This document shows, in pieces, positions 43,685 to 52,351 of a DNA stretch of 53,537 bases. Made by a program: the position numbers and the translations under genes. The DNA is taken from positions 1 through 53,537 of the IMG/VR virus record IMGVR_UViG_3300025304_000001. One strand, 5' to 3'. Under the pieces are notes generated by a model that was given only the letters and a program-made list of their open reading frames with translations, was not told the origin of the DNA and searched no databases. Every line of letters begins with the position of its first letter. The first letter of the stretch is position 1. This DNA comes from a virus.

Positions 43685-43943
43685 CCGAGGCCCAAGCCTC
43701 GCCCTTCCGTTGTGCTACCAAGTCCACGAAAGCCACCTGCACTACAACGTTTTTTCCCGGCAAGCCTACCTCCTTGCAAGGCGAACACGACAAGGCTCTG
43801 GACACTTCCTCGATCGGGGTCGACGCCCTAAAGCCGTAGCGATAGAACTCTTGGCTGCGGCGCCAACGAGAGTGGCCGCAGTCCCCACATTCGATCGAAA
43901 GCGATAAAGCGTCACCCAATTTCGGTGCAGATCCCACTTGCAT
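43653..43943 (-). CDS. Small zinc-ribbon protein
   Basis: The CGDCGH...CSPC pair is present. GAGG lies 7 nt before the ATG at 43943. The 3' end overlaps the cI 3' end by 32 nt (convergent). Confidence 0.5.
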   Translation of the reverse strand: MQVGSAPKLGDALSLSIECGDCGHSRWRRSQEFYRYGFRASTPIEEVSRALSCSPCKEVGLPGKNVVVQVAFVDLVAQRKGEAWASAKSQRVRAAG

Positions 43944-44133
43944 TTCTTGCCTCTGTTCCTGTTGCGTTCTCAATATCGAATCAATTTCTGGAAGAGTCGA
44001 ATCCTTTCTTCCAAAAAATTAATTTTAAAGCGTATCTTGATATCGCTTGATTAATATGGTTCCCCTAATGTCGTTCCGCTTGAAAAAGACAAGCGAGACG
44101 ATGACGGTCACAACAGCCGAAGAGGAAACCACC

Positions 44134-44439
44134 ATGCACAAATCAAACAAGAAAGCCCTTCCGGGCCTCATCCGCGACGTCTTCGCAGCCAAGCTGGCTG
44201 GCGCCAGTTCCAAGACGGAACTCTATCGAGCTGGCTTTGATGACGAAGTCATCGCCGCGACCGCCGATGGCGTCGAAGCCCTCACCCAATCTCTCGAAGA
44301 TGGCGTTTTCAACGCCTACCTCGCCGGCGCCCGGTACGAAAAAGACTACAGCGCCGCTGGCTTCTCCCCGGAAGAACTTGCCCTCGTTTCCGATCGCGTC
44401 GCTAAGCGGGTGCGCAACGCCGAGCCGATGGCCGCCTAA
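44134..44439 (+). CDS. Hypothetical protein, the first gene of the rightward early operon
   Basis: AGAGGAA lies before the ATG. An alternative start lies at 44101. Confidence 0.5.
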   Translation: MHKSNKKALPGLIRDVFAAKLAGASSKTELYRAGFDDEVIAATADGVEALTQSLEDGVFNAYLAGARYEKDYSAAGFSPEELALVSDRVAKRVRNAEPMAA

Positions 44440-44530
44440 AGGCTGATCGGGTTCGGCATGGCCCGTCCGGGGGCGCGGACGTGGCCATTCCGAAAGCGAT
44501 GACGCTTTCATCCTACGAGAGGAAACGATC

Positions 44531-44743
44531 ATGACGACCACAATTACCGTCAAGGCAAACCACGGCTGGCCCGTGGACGTGAAGGCCTCCAATCCCAAGA
44601 CGGGGGAGAAGATCGAAGCCTACGGCGACCGGGTTGCCGCCGGAGAAACCCGCGATTTCATCTGCCATTCCGACATGGATCTCCACATCCACGAAGTTCA
44701 GCCCGACGAAGTCGCGGCCGAGGGCGATACCGAAACGGCCTGA
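44531..44743 (+). CDS. Hypothetical small protein
   Basis: GAGAGGAAA RBS. The protein is 70 aa. Confidence 0.55.
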   Translation: MTTTITVKANHGWPVDVKASNPKTGEKIEAYGDRVAAGETRDFICHSDMDLHIHEVQPDEVAAEGDTETA

Positions 44744-44766
44744 GCCCCGGCGGCCCGTTTTGGTGT

Positions 44767-44791
44767 CCGGCTCTCTACGAGGGAGAGCCGG
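44767..44791 (+). other. 9-bp-stem hairpin between early genes (attenuator or processing candidate)
   Basis: Stem CCGGCTCTC-TACGAGG-GAGAGCCGG with no trailing U-tract. Confidence 0.35.
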
Positions 44792-44819
44792 CATCCCAAC
44801 CAGGCGAAAGGGAAGTCCC

Positions 44820-45173
44820 ATGAGGAACAAGGAAGAGGCCGGTCAGATCGACCGGGCGGCAGGCGCACGGCTGCGCGCAATTCGGACCATGCGCGGCATG
44901 TCGCAGGAAGCGCTTGGCGCTGCGATCGGCATCACGTTTCAGCAGGTGCAGAAATACGAGAAGGGCACCAATCGAGTCGCCATCTCGACGCTCGTGCTCA
45001 TCTGCCGGGCTTTGAACTGCAAGCCGATGGAAATCATCGGCGAGGATCTGGATCAGGGCACGTCGGCAACGATCGAAACACTGGCAAGCCGCAACGCGGA
45101 TCTGGAGCGGCGCCTCTCGGAGGTTGGCAAGCTGGTTAAGCTGCCGCGCCATCACGGGGAGATGCGCCAATGA
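44820..45173 (+). CDS. XRE-family HTH transcriptional regulator
   Basis: The segment LRAIRTMRGMSQEALGAAIGITFQQVQKYEKGTNRV is present. Confidence 0.8.
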   Translation: MRNKEEAGQIDRAAGARLRAIRTMRGMSQEALGAAIGITFQQVQKYEKGTNRVAISTLVLICRALNCKPMEIIGEDLDQGTSATIETLASRNADLERRLSEVGKLVKLPRHHGEMRQ

Positions 45174-45997
45174 GCGAGAAGCAGGCAGACGAAAAACAGC
45201 ATTTCGGCTGGTTCCAGGCGCGATACCTCGCGCCGCTTTTCCCGTTCGTCGAGTATGGTCGCGAGATCGACCCGATGCGCTTTTTCAACGGTAACATCGG
45301 GCTGGAACCCTGTGCCGAGGGAGGTGCCTATCTGGTCGCGGCGACCAGTCACGCGACGGTCATCATCCGCGATCCGGAAGCCCATATCGATGAGCCCGTC
45401 ACACTCGATATCCCGGATGCCGCATTCATGCGGGCAGAGCCCGTCGAAGCACCCTGTATGAATTATGAAGGCAGGCACTACGTCGTGCCGGCGCCCGATT
45501 GGTCCCAACCCGGCTTCGTCTATGTCCATCGGGCCGGGATGCATATTGCCCCGAAAATGCGTCATCCCATGTGGGCCGAGGAAGCGGACGATTTTCAGCC
45601 GGCCCTATTCAGTGTCGGCGCGAGCGTCGGCCGACATGCGATCGGCCACGACTACCGTCTGAGCGAAGGGTCGCTGGCGAACTGGCGCGGCCTTCTGAAG
45701 AACGTCGATACGGCCCCGCTCGCGGAATGCTCCACCATCTTCTTCAATCCCAGGATACCGGGACTCTTCTACGACCTGGTTGACGCGGTTTTCGAACATG
45801 AAGCCGAGCGGAGCGAAACGCCATGGTTCTCGGTTGCCCACACGATCGCCGCGACGAAGGACGCGAACACCGCCATTCTCCGCTTCATCGGCCATCCCGA
45901 TATTATCGGGATATGGGCGGGCCAAAAGGCAACCGAGCCACCGCCAGCCATCCCGTCGCACTTCCTCGAGACTCCATCGGCGGAGGACGTGAAGTGA
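45170..45997 (+). CDS. Hypothetical protein
   Basis: ATGA coupling. The protein is 275 aa. There is a faint sliding-clamp-like pattern (GGAYLVAATSHATVI), unverified. Confidence 0.55.
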   Translation: MSEKQADEKQHFGWFQARYLAPLFPFVEYGREIDPMRFFNGNIGLEPCAEGGAYLVAATSHATVIIRDPEAHIDEPVTLDIPDAAFMRAEPVEAPCMNYEGRHYVVPAPDWSQPGFVYVHRAGMHIAPKMRHPMWAEEADDFQPALFSVGASVGRHAIGHDYRLSEGSLANWRGLLKNVDTAPLAECSTIFFNPRIPGLFYDLVDAVFEHEAERSETPWFSVAHTIAATKDANTAILRFIGHPDIIGIWAGQKATEPPPAIPSHFLETPSAEDVK

Positions 45998-46542
45998 GCG
46001 ACGCGCCTCTTAAGTCGACCCATCTCGATTTCATCAACAGCCATGATGACTTCGATGGCGCCATCCGCGCGATCGAGACGGCCTTGCCGCATGCTTACTG
46101 GCACCTCGCCAAGGGCAGGGTCTCGCAGAACGAACCCCTTTATGCCGCCGTCATATTCAACGGCGTTACGCCGATCGGCGACGCCGAAAGCGATCTGGGG
46201 CCGGGCGATGCCCTGCGACGCGCACTCAAGGCCACTCTGTCGGGCACATGGGTCAACCCCTGCGACGTCGATTCCGCCGACCAAGACATTATCCGGCACA
46301 TTGCCACCGTTGCGACCCGCATCGGCGACCAGGCCGGTGAACCGGCGATGGAACTGGCGGGCCAGATCGTCTCCGTGCTCGCCGCCAATCCGGAGATGAC
46401 CACGGACTTCATGTCGCGCGGCGCCGAACTCTTCATCGACGGCCGCATGAACGTCGAGCACGGTTGCCTCCCCTATCGGGCAATCAACGGCGCGATCGTC
46501 TCGCCGGCCGACATTCGCCGGAAAATGGGGATCGCACAATGA
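45994..46542 (+). CDS. Hypothetical protein
   Basis: The GTG start overlaps the upstream stop (GTGA). Confidence 0.5.
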   Translation: MSDAPLKSTHLDFINSHDDFDGAIRAIETALPHAYWHLAKGRVSQNEPLYAAVIFNGVTPIGDAESDLGPGDALRRALKATLSGTWVNPCDVDSADQDIIRHIATVATRIGDQAGEPAMELAGQIVSVLAANPEMTTDFMSRGAELFIDGRMNVEHGCLPYRAINGAIVSPADIRRKMGIAQ

Positions 46543-46793
46543 CGAGGCCGACGATCGATTTTCCGAAGCTCGACGACGATATCGACGAGGCCAACGCGCT
46601 GGAAGCCTTCGAGGAGCGCAGCCGTCGCCTCGTCGAGGACGAGCGCCGCATCGTCATCCGCCGTGGGCCGATGGTGCTGGTCAGCCTTCCGCGCATCTCC
46701 ATGCACGTCGCGATGCTGCCAAAGGCCCGCGTAAAGGAAGCCGACCTCGCGCCGCCGAGGCCGAAAGTGCTTCGCGACGCCAAGTACTCTTGA
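46539..46793 (+). CDS. Hypothetical protein
   Basis: ATGA coupling. The protein is 84 aa. Confidence 0.5.
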   Translation: MTRPTIDFPKLDDDIDEANALEAFEERSRRLVEDERRIVIRRGPMVLVSLPRISMHVAMLPKARVKEADLAPPRPKVLRDAKYS

Positions 46794-46807
46794 AAAGGGC
46801 AACGCCG

Positions 46808-47713
46808 ATGGGCAGCAAAACCGCGATTTCTTGGTGCCGTTATACATGGAACCCGTGGATGGGCTGCACGAAAGTCAGCCCTGCCTGCGATGGCTGTTAT
46901 GCCGAAGCGATGATGGACAAGCATTATCGCAAGGTCGAGTGGGGGCCGCATGGCACGCGAGTCCGAACCCGTGAGGAGAATTGGAAAGAACCGCTGCGCT
47001 GGCAGCGCCAGGCCGAGCGCGACGGCGACCGACCTTTCGTGTTCTGCGCCAGCCTCGCCGATATCTTCGATAACCAGGCGGAGCCGGCATGGCGGCGGGA
47101 GGCGTTCGACGTCATGCGTCATACACCGAACCTCGTCTATCTGCTTTTGACCAAGCGGCCGGGCAATATCGTGCGCATGACGGATGCCGCCGGCGGACTG
47201 CCGCCTAACGCGGCACTTGGCACCACGGTCGAAGACCAGCCGCGCGCCGACATGAACGTGCCGGCGCTGTTGACGGCGAAGGTCGAACTTTCGCCGCTCT
47301 TCGCTTTCCTGTCCTGCGAACCGCTGCTCGGGCTGACCAGGATACCGATGATCGAGCTTGTCGACTGGGTCATCGCCGGCGGCGAAACCAGCCAGATCGG
47401 CCACCAGGCGCGGCCGACGCACCCGGATTGGTTCCGCGAGCTGCGAGATCAGTGCGCATCGGCCGACAAGCCGTTCCATTTCAAGCAGTGGGGTGAATGG
47501 ACGGCCGGCGAGAACGTGCCGCACACCGTGCGCGGCCGTCGAGCGTCCGCCCATTGGATCGCCGACGAGTGGTCGATCGGCTCGACGAATATGGATGATC
47601 CGGAAGACGGGTGGATGGACGAGCCGGATGTGTATCGCATCGGAAAATCCAATACCGGCCGCATGCTCGACGGCGTCGAACACAACGCTTTCCCGGTGGT
47701 GGCGCCGCTATGA
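46808..47713 (+). CDS. Phage Gp37/Gp68 family protein (DUF5131, three-Cys motif)
   Basis: The N-terminal signature TAISWCRYTWNPWMGCTKVSPACDGCYAE is present. Confidence 0.8.
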   Translation: MGSKTAISWCRYTWNPWMGCTKVSPACDGCYAEAMMDKHYRKVEWGPHGTRVRTREENWKEPLRWQRQAERDGDRPFVFCASLADIFDNQAEPAWRREAFDVMRHTPNLVYLLLTKRPGNIVRMTDAAGGLPPNAALGTTVEDQPRADMNVPALLTAKVELSPLFAFLSCEPLLGLTRIPMIELVDWVIAGGETSQIGHQARPTHPDWFRELRDQCASADKPFHFKQWGEWTAGENVPHTVRGRRASAHWIADEWSIGSTNMDDPEDGWMDEPDVYRIGKSNTGRMLDGVEHNAFPVVAPL

Positions 47714-47856
47714 ACCAGGACGCATTTTTCACCGCCGTCGTCGCGATCGGCCTCGTGCTGGTCAGTGGCCTGTTCGGCTGGATCATCGGCGACGCCCGGT
47801 CTTTCCCCGGCACATGCCAGCCCGCCGTCACTACCCTCGAAATCAGGAAGCTTTGA
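47710..47856 (+). CDS. Small membrane protein (48 aa)
   Basis: ATGA coupling. TM segment FFTAVVAIGLVLVSGLFGWIIG. Confidence 0.45.
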   Translation: MNQDAFFTAVVAIGLVLVSGLFGWIIGDARSFPGTCQPAVTTLEIRKL

Positions 47857-47859
47857 GCC

Positions 47860-48198
47860 ATGAAAGCCACCAATGAACAGATGTCGCAGCAGCTTTCCGT
47901 CAAGGTCGAAGACGGCCAGTTGAAAATTTCCATCGGGATCGCACTGCTGGCCTTTGCCGTACAGGCGCAAGATCAGTGGCCGGAGGAATGTTACGTCAGT
48001 GACGTTCGCGAGTTCGCGAAGTCAGTGGCCGGACGGCTGCAAAAGGAAGAAGAGGACGGCACGACACCCATTCACCGCATGTTCGACGCTGTCGCCGAGA
48101 CAGTCTTGGAGCAGGGAGATGACGGCGTTGACGAAGGCAATGTTGAAGCAGGGATCGACATCGCAAAGGCCATACTCGATGGCAAGGCGGCCTCATGA
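47860..48198 (+). CDS. Hypothetical acidic protein
   Basis: An ORF in the coupled operon. Confidence 0.5.
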   Translation: MKATNEQMSQQLSVKVEDGQLKISIGIALLAFAVQAQDQWPEECYVSDVREFAKSVAGRLQKEEEDGTTPIHRMFDAVAETVLEQGDDGVDEGNVEAGIDIAKAILDGKAAS

Positions 48199-48974
48199 GC
48201 ATTACTCTTTGGAAGCCGGAACCTGACGTGGTTCTGCATCAGGCCCTTGGCAAACTTGCCGAGGAATGTGCCGAGCTTTCGCAGGCGCTCGCACGATGCC
48301 TTATCCAGGGTTATCGCGAGGAAGAGCCCGCGACGCAGAAGCTCAATCGCACTCAGCTCATGGAGGAAGTCGCCGACGTCAAGGCCGCGATGCGCTGGCT
48401 GTTCGACGTCATCGACGAACCCTTCAAAGGCGAGAGCAGCCGGGAACGGCGTAAGTTCGCCGGCTTCAAATGCTGGCAAGCAATGTTGGAGGCTGACCTT
48501 GAGACACGTAGACCGCCCCAGACACCGGATAAGCCGTCACCGGGAAACCGTGCCCTAACCGGAGAGACGGCTAGGGGGGAGAGTTGTGACCTCCCCCCGC
48601 CCCAAAACAATGTGGAGAGTAGATCATCTGCCGTCGGGTGCGTTCTCCACTCGAAGCACGATCACGAAAACCGCTGCGGCGAGACCAGCTGCGGTGCCAG
48701 CGAAATAAGCGGCCACGTAGACGAAAACTGCCAGCACCAAAGCATTGAAAAACCGCTCCCAAATCTTCCCCATGCAACCTCTGCAACTTCGCCCGAACCG
48801 ATACCCGCCTACGTTCGAGATTTTTTAGGCAAGATGCAAGGCGTCTGCATGGGTGTGGCCATGTCAGGCGACGATCATCCGGATCCGGACGGCGCGCTGC
48901 TAGAGCTTTTCAACGAAGCCCAGGCGATCCTTTTCCCTGCCGCCACCGCGATGGAGGGCTCGGACAATGGCTGA
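48195..48974 (+). CDS. MazG-like nucleotide pyrophosphohydrolase paralog A with a long C-terminal extension
   Basis: The EExxE and EEVADV metal-binding helices are present (LAEECAELSQAL ... LMEEVADVKAAMRWL). The N-terminal roughly 100 aa are paralogous to the ORF at 53135. Confidence 0.65.
   Translation: MSITLWKPEPDVVLHQALGKLAEECAELSQALARCLIQGYREEEPATQKLNRTQLMEEVADVKAAMRWLFDVIDEPFKGESSRERRKFAGFKCWQAMLEADLETRRPPQTPDKPSPGNRALTGETARGESCDLPPPQNNVESRSSAVGCVLHSKHDHENRCGETSCGASEISGHVDENCQHQSIEKPLPNLPHATSATSPEPIPAYVRDFLGKMQGVCMGVAMSGDDHPDPDGALLELFNEAQAILFPAATAMEGSDNG
48624..48773 (-). CDS. Candidate antisense mini-ORF encoding a 49-aa two-TM peptide
   Basis: The peptide is MGKIWERFFNALVLAVFVYVAAYFAGTAAGLAAAVFVIVLRVENAPDGR. 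AGAGG lies 4 nt before the ATG. An 8-bp G/C hairpin at 48574-48598 lies downstream. Caveat: the ORF is the codon-phase mirror of the plus-strand ORF. Confidence 0.25.
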   Translation of the reverse strand: MGKIWERFFNALVLAVFVYVAAYFAGTAAGLAAAVFVIVLRVENAPDGR

Positions 48975-49908
48975 TCGCTTCTTCGGGTGGCATACGATCT
49001 TCGATGACGCCGGCAAGAGCCGAACCCCTTACATGACGCGTATCTGGATCGGCCGCCTGCGCCTGCACATCTTCCATCGCGGCGACAATGATCCGGACCC
49101 GCACGATCATCCGTGGGATTTCTGGACGTTCCCTCTAACCTCCTACGTGGAGGAGGTAGCAGAGCCGGTGACCAAGGGCGTTGCTCCGCTTGAATTGCTG
49201 CTATGCGGCCCGGAGCATTACACCCTTCGCCGCCAAGTCGTCCGCGCCTTCCGCTTTTCCTATCGGCCGGCCACCCATTGCCATCGCGTCATCGGCCGAT
49301 ACGCCGGATGGGGCGCCCTCGGTTGGCCCGAAACCGATGGCCGGAAGCTGGTCACCATCGTTTGGCGCGGCAGGACCGACCGCAAGTGGGGCTTCCTCCG
49401 CAATCGAGATGGCGCTTGGTGCTGGACGCCGTGGAAGGAATACATCTTTGGTGGCGGAAAGCATGCGCCATGCGAGCCAGCATGCCCACCAACGCCCCAA
49501 CCGAAGGTGAGGTCCGAAGAAGTGCTCCGCGCCAAGGCGATCGAGATCATTTGCAAGGAAGCGGAAGAAATGGGCTTCCCCGATGACGCGTTGGCCGAGT
49601 TCCGTGCAGGCGAGTTCGACGGCGACGATCTCCTGACCTTGCAAGCGGTTGAGCGCGCTCTTTCTAGCCCCTCGCCCCAGTCGAATGTGGTGGGTGATGA
49701 CGCCGAGTGGATAAAGAGTTGCACGGCCAAGGTTTCGAACGCCATTGGCGGCGGCTCGGAGCTTTTCACCCGTCAAGGCGACCAATACCGGCTGGACATC
49801 GATTTCGTCTGCAAACGCATCTCGGAGATGCGCGAGCGTCAGCATGAGGCGATGCATCGGGCTATCCGCGCCGAACGCGCCCTCGCATCGGAGGGACGGG
49901 CAGAATGA
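48967..49908 (+). CDS. Hypothetical protein with an N-terminal HDHPW motif
   Basis: The segment LHIFHRGDNDPDPHDHPWDFW is present. The gene is coupled to its neighbours. Confidence 0.55.
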   Translation: MADRFFGWHTIFDDAGKSRTPYMTRIWIGRLRLHIFHRGDNDPDPHDHPWDFWTFPLTSYVEEVAEPVTKGVAPLELLLCGPEHYTLRRQVVRAFRFSYRPATHCHRVIGRYAGWGALGWPETDGRKLVTIVWRGRTDRKWGFLRNRDGAWCWTPWKEYIFGGGKHAPCEPACPPTPQPKVRSEEVLRAKAIEIICKEAEEMGFPDDALAEFRAGEFDGDDLLTLQAVERALSSPSPQSNVVGDDAEWIKSCTAKVSNAIGGGSELFTRQGDQYRLDIDFVCKRISEMRERQHEAMHRAIRAERALASEGRAE

Positions 49909-50117
49909 GGATACTCGTCCAAGAGCGCGGCTATTTCCGTGGCACCCACAACGGCGCCACCATCGAGATCGAGCGCGACCATGATTACCCGCAGCACAAA
50001 TTCTACATCCGCGTCCGCTGGAAAGACGGCGGGCACCTTTACGACGGCTACTCGCCGGAAGGTGTCAGCACCATGTCCGAAGCCAAGCGGGAAGCGATCA
50101 AGGGAGCATGCCTATGA
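49905..50117 (+). CDS. Hypothetical small protein
   Basis: ATGA coupling. Confidence 0.5.
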   Translation: MRILVQERGYFRGTHNGATIEIERDHDYPQHKFYIRVRWKDGGHLYDGYSPEGVSTMSEAKREAIKGACL

Positions 50118-50629
50118 GCATCGTTCGCGACAACCTCATGACCCGCAAAGGTTACACGCCGTATTGTGGAAACACCGATTGCCGGTTCCAAATGCCACGC
50201 ACCCGATATATCGGCGGGCAGTTCCAGTGTGGTTGCGGTTGGCGCTCATCCTTCGACGACGAGTTCATCGAAGCCTATGAGGCGAAGTGGGGCGAGCCAT
50301 CCCCGCAAACGACTGAGGGAGGCCAGAGCTGTTTCCAAATTACCCTGGCCTCGTCGCCGTCCGGATCGCTAGGTCGAGAGCCGGAACCCTCAGCCGCCTC
50401 TTACGACGAGACGAACGGCGCCAGCAAGAGCCCGTCAGGCCAAACTGCGGTGATGGCGCCGACCGACTACCTGGAAAGGCTCTCCGACTTCCTCGACGCA
50501 CTCGACGAATGGGGCTGCGAAGACAACGCCGAGCGAGCGGAACAGATCATCGAATTCCAACGCACTGGTTACGACCTCGACACATACCTCGTCGAGCATT
50601 CAGACCGTGAGAAGTCGGAGCTGAACTGA
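50114..50629 (+). CDS. Hypothetical protein with an N-terminal Cys-rich (zinc-ribbon-like) domain
   Basis: The segment YCGNTDCRF...FQCGCGW is present. AGGGAG lies 8 nt upstream. An alternative ATG lies at 50108. Confidence 0.5.
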   Translation: MSIVRDNLMTRKGYTPYCGNTDCRFQMPRTRYIGGQFQCGCGWRSSFDDEFIEAYEAKWGEPSPQTTEGGQSCFQITLASSPSGSLGREPEPSAASYDETNGASKSPSGQTAVMAPTDYLERLSDFLDALDEWGCEDNAERAEQIIEFQRTGYDLDTYLVEHSDREKSELN

Positions 50630-50985
50630 TGACCACCAAAAACACACCACCCTCATCGCAAATGGCGGTGATTGCAGAGCAGATGGATGCCGCCAGGGAC
50701 ATCGGTACACTGCTTGCGCAGATCGATGGGCTGCAGGAAGCGACCGGCGAAAAGCTCGATATCGAAGACGCCGCCATCGTCGCGCAGATCCGCGAGGCGT
50801 GGGGCGGCATCGTCTCAGGTCCGAACGGACCTGTCACCGGCAACCACCTTCGCGAAATCCTCGGCATAGACCCGGAAGACGGCCTTGATCCGGATGGCGA
50901 GGGAAGCATCCAGACATGCGCCGGCATGTGGGTGAAGGAAGCGACAACTGGCCTTTGGGTGTTCGAGGAAGACGAAGATGACTGA
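50629..50985 (+). CDS. Hypothetical acidic protein
   Basis: The start overlaps the upstream stop (TGATGA). Confidence 0.5.
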   Translation: MTTKNTPPSSQMAVIAEQMDAARDIGTLLAQIDGLQEATGEKLDIEDAAIVAQIREAWGGIVSGPNGPVTGNHLREILGIDPEDGLDPDGEGSIQTCAGMWVKEATTGLWVFEEDEDD

Positions 50986-52351
50986 TCACCCGAAATTGAC
51001 ATTCTCGGCCGATGAGGTTTCGAACCTCGCGGCTCACCAGACCGCTGGCCGTTTCCATCCCTTCACTTGCGCAAACCGTGGCGATGGCAATCATCGTAAT
51101 GTCTACGGAGACCTCGGCGCGCTTGTGCCGACTGTTCGTGGATGGATTTGCCCTTTCTGCGATTACACCCAGGACTGGGCTCACGCCGGCATGAAGGCTG
51201 GCTCGCCGGTAGACCCATCGCCCCAACCGAGTTTGGCATCAAGGGCTGGCCCTCCTGGCAGCGGCCAGCCCCTAGGCTCTGACAGGGAGCCCGGCCCATC
51301 CGTATCACAAGAAATGGTTGCACCAGCATCCCAAATGCAAACGGTCGGGGGCTCCACACTTCCCCCGACCGCCACTGGCGATATCCGTCCGGCGCCTTTG
51401 CGGCCGAACGAAGATTTTATCGGCGAAAACTCCGATGCTTTCATCCCTGAAAATCCAGGGGTGCCGCCCCAGAAACATTTGGTTGCGGCCGAGGCGGAAG
51501 CGCTGTCGCGGATCAACGCCGCGTTGGAGGCCATTCGCAGCACATGCGGCACGATGGAGCGCGATGACCGCCACCTGATCGGCAGAGAGACGCTCGCGGC
51601 ACTACGAGACGCCGCGAAGCTCATCAACGAGCTTGTCTGGAAAACCAGCGATCAGCCAGCACCCCAGATGAATGTGACGGGCGACCATCACGAGCTTCTT
51701 ATGCGTCTTCAGGCTGTCCAACATGGCTCCGACAGACCATACGCCGCCTCTGTGGCGAAAGACGCTGGCGATGCGATCAAGGCATTGGTCTCGCGTCTCG
51801 CGGACATGACTACCGAGCGCGACAATCTTTCCAGCATCGTTGCCAGCGGCATTGAGGAGGTCGCCGGTGCGGCGCTGGATGATGCCGAAGAGGCGATCCA
51901 GCGCCTGACCGAAAACCAATCGCCCCAACCGAATGTGCTGCCGCCTGTCGTGACCGGACAGCTGGAAATCGAGCAGGACGTGACAGCAACCGATCTAGGG
52001 GCAAACGCCGAACCCGACGCCGACGATTATTGCCCGGCTTGTGGTGGCAGTGGCCGTGTCGGGCCATTCTTTCCGGGTGGCCTATCCACAGTCTGCGGCA
52101 ACTGCTCCGACACCGTGCCCCCATCGAATGTGACGGGCCTCTCCGACGAACAGCGCGGCGTTGGTATTGGAATGGCGATCGCGGCCGGCATCGTCATGAA
52201 GTCGTGGGGCAACGACACCTACGCCCGCGAGATCCTCGGTGCGGCCGGCCTCGACACCCTCGCAAAGCTCAAAGCATCAGGTGTCGATCAATACGACATC
52301 GATCTAGTGATCCCGGCCCTTGCCGCCACCGCGACGGAGGCAAGCCGATGA
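50978..52351 (+). CDS. Hypothetical modular protein (457 aa)
   Basis: N-terminal Cys/His domain (HPFTCANRGDGNH...WICPFCDY). It contains several SPQPN-type linker motifs. Confidence 0.55.
   Translation: MTDHPKLTFSADEVSNLAAHQTAGRFHPFTCANRGDGNHRNVYGDLGALVPTVRGWICPFCDYTQDWAHAGMKAGSPVDPSPQPSLASRAGPPGSGQPLGSDREPGPSVSQEMVAPASQMQTVGGSTLPPTATGDIRPAPLRPNEDFIGENSDAFIPENPGVPPQKHLVAAEAEALSRINAALEAIRSTCGTMERDDRHLIGRETLAALRDAAKLINELVWKTSDQPAPQMNVTGDHHELLMRLQAVQHGSDRPYAASVAKDAGDAIKALVSRLADMTTERDNLSSIVASGIEEVAGAALDDAEEAIQRLTENQSPQPNVLPPVVTGQLEIEQDVTATDLGANAEPDADDYCPACGGSGRVGPFFPGGLSTVCGNCSDTVPPSNVTGLSDEQRGVGIGMAIAAGIVMKSWGNDTYAREILGAAGLDTLAKLKASGVDQYDIDLVIPALAATATEASR

Noticed and set aside
46484-47683. A 399-aa minus-strand ORF, and 45769-46539 on the minus strand
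   Set aside because: They are antisense to the coupled plus-strand operon, which includes the clearly recognisable Gp37/Gp68 gene. Their composition is that of a mirror-frame ORF.
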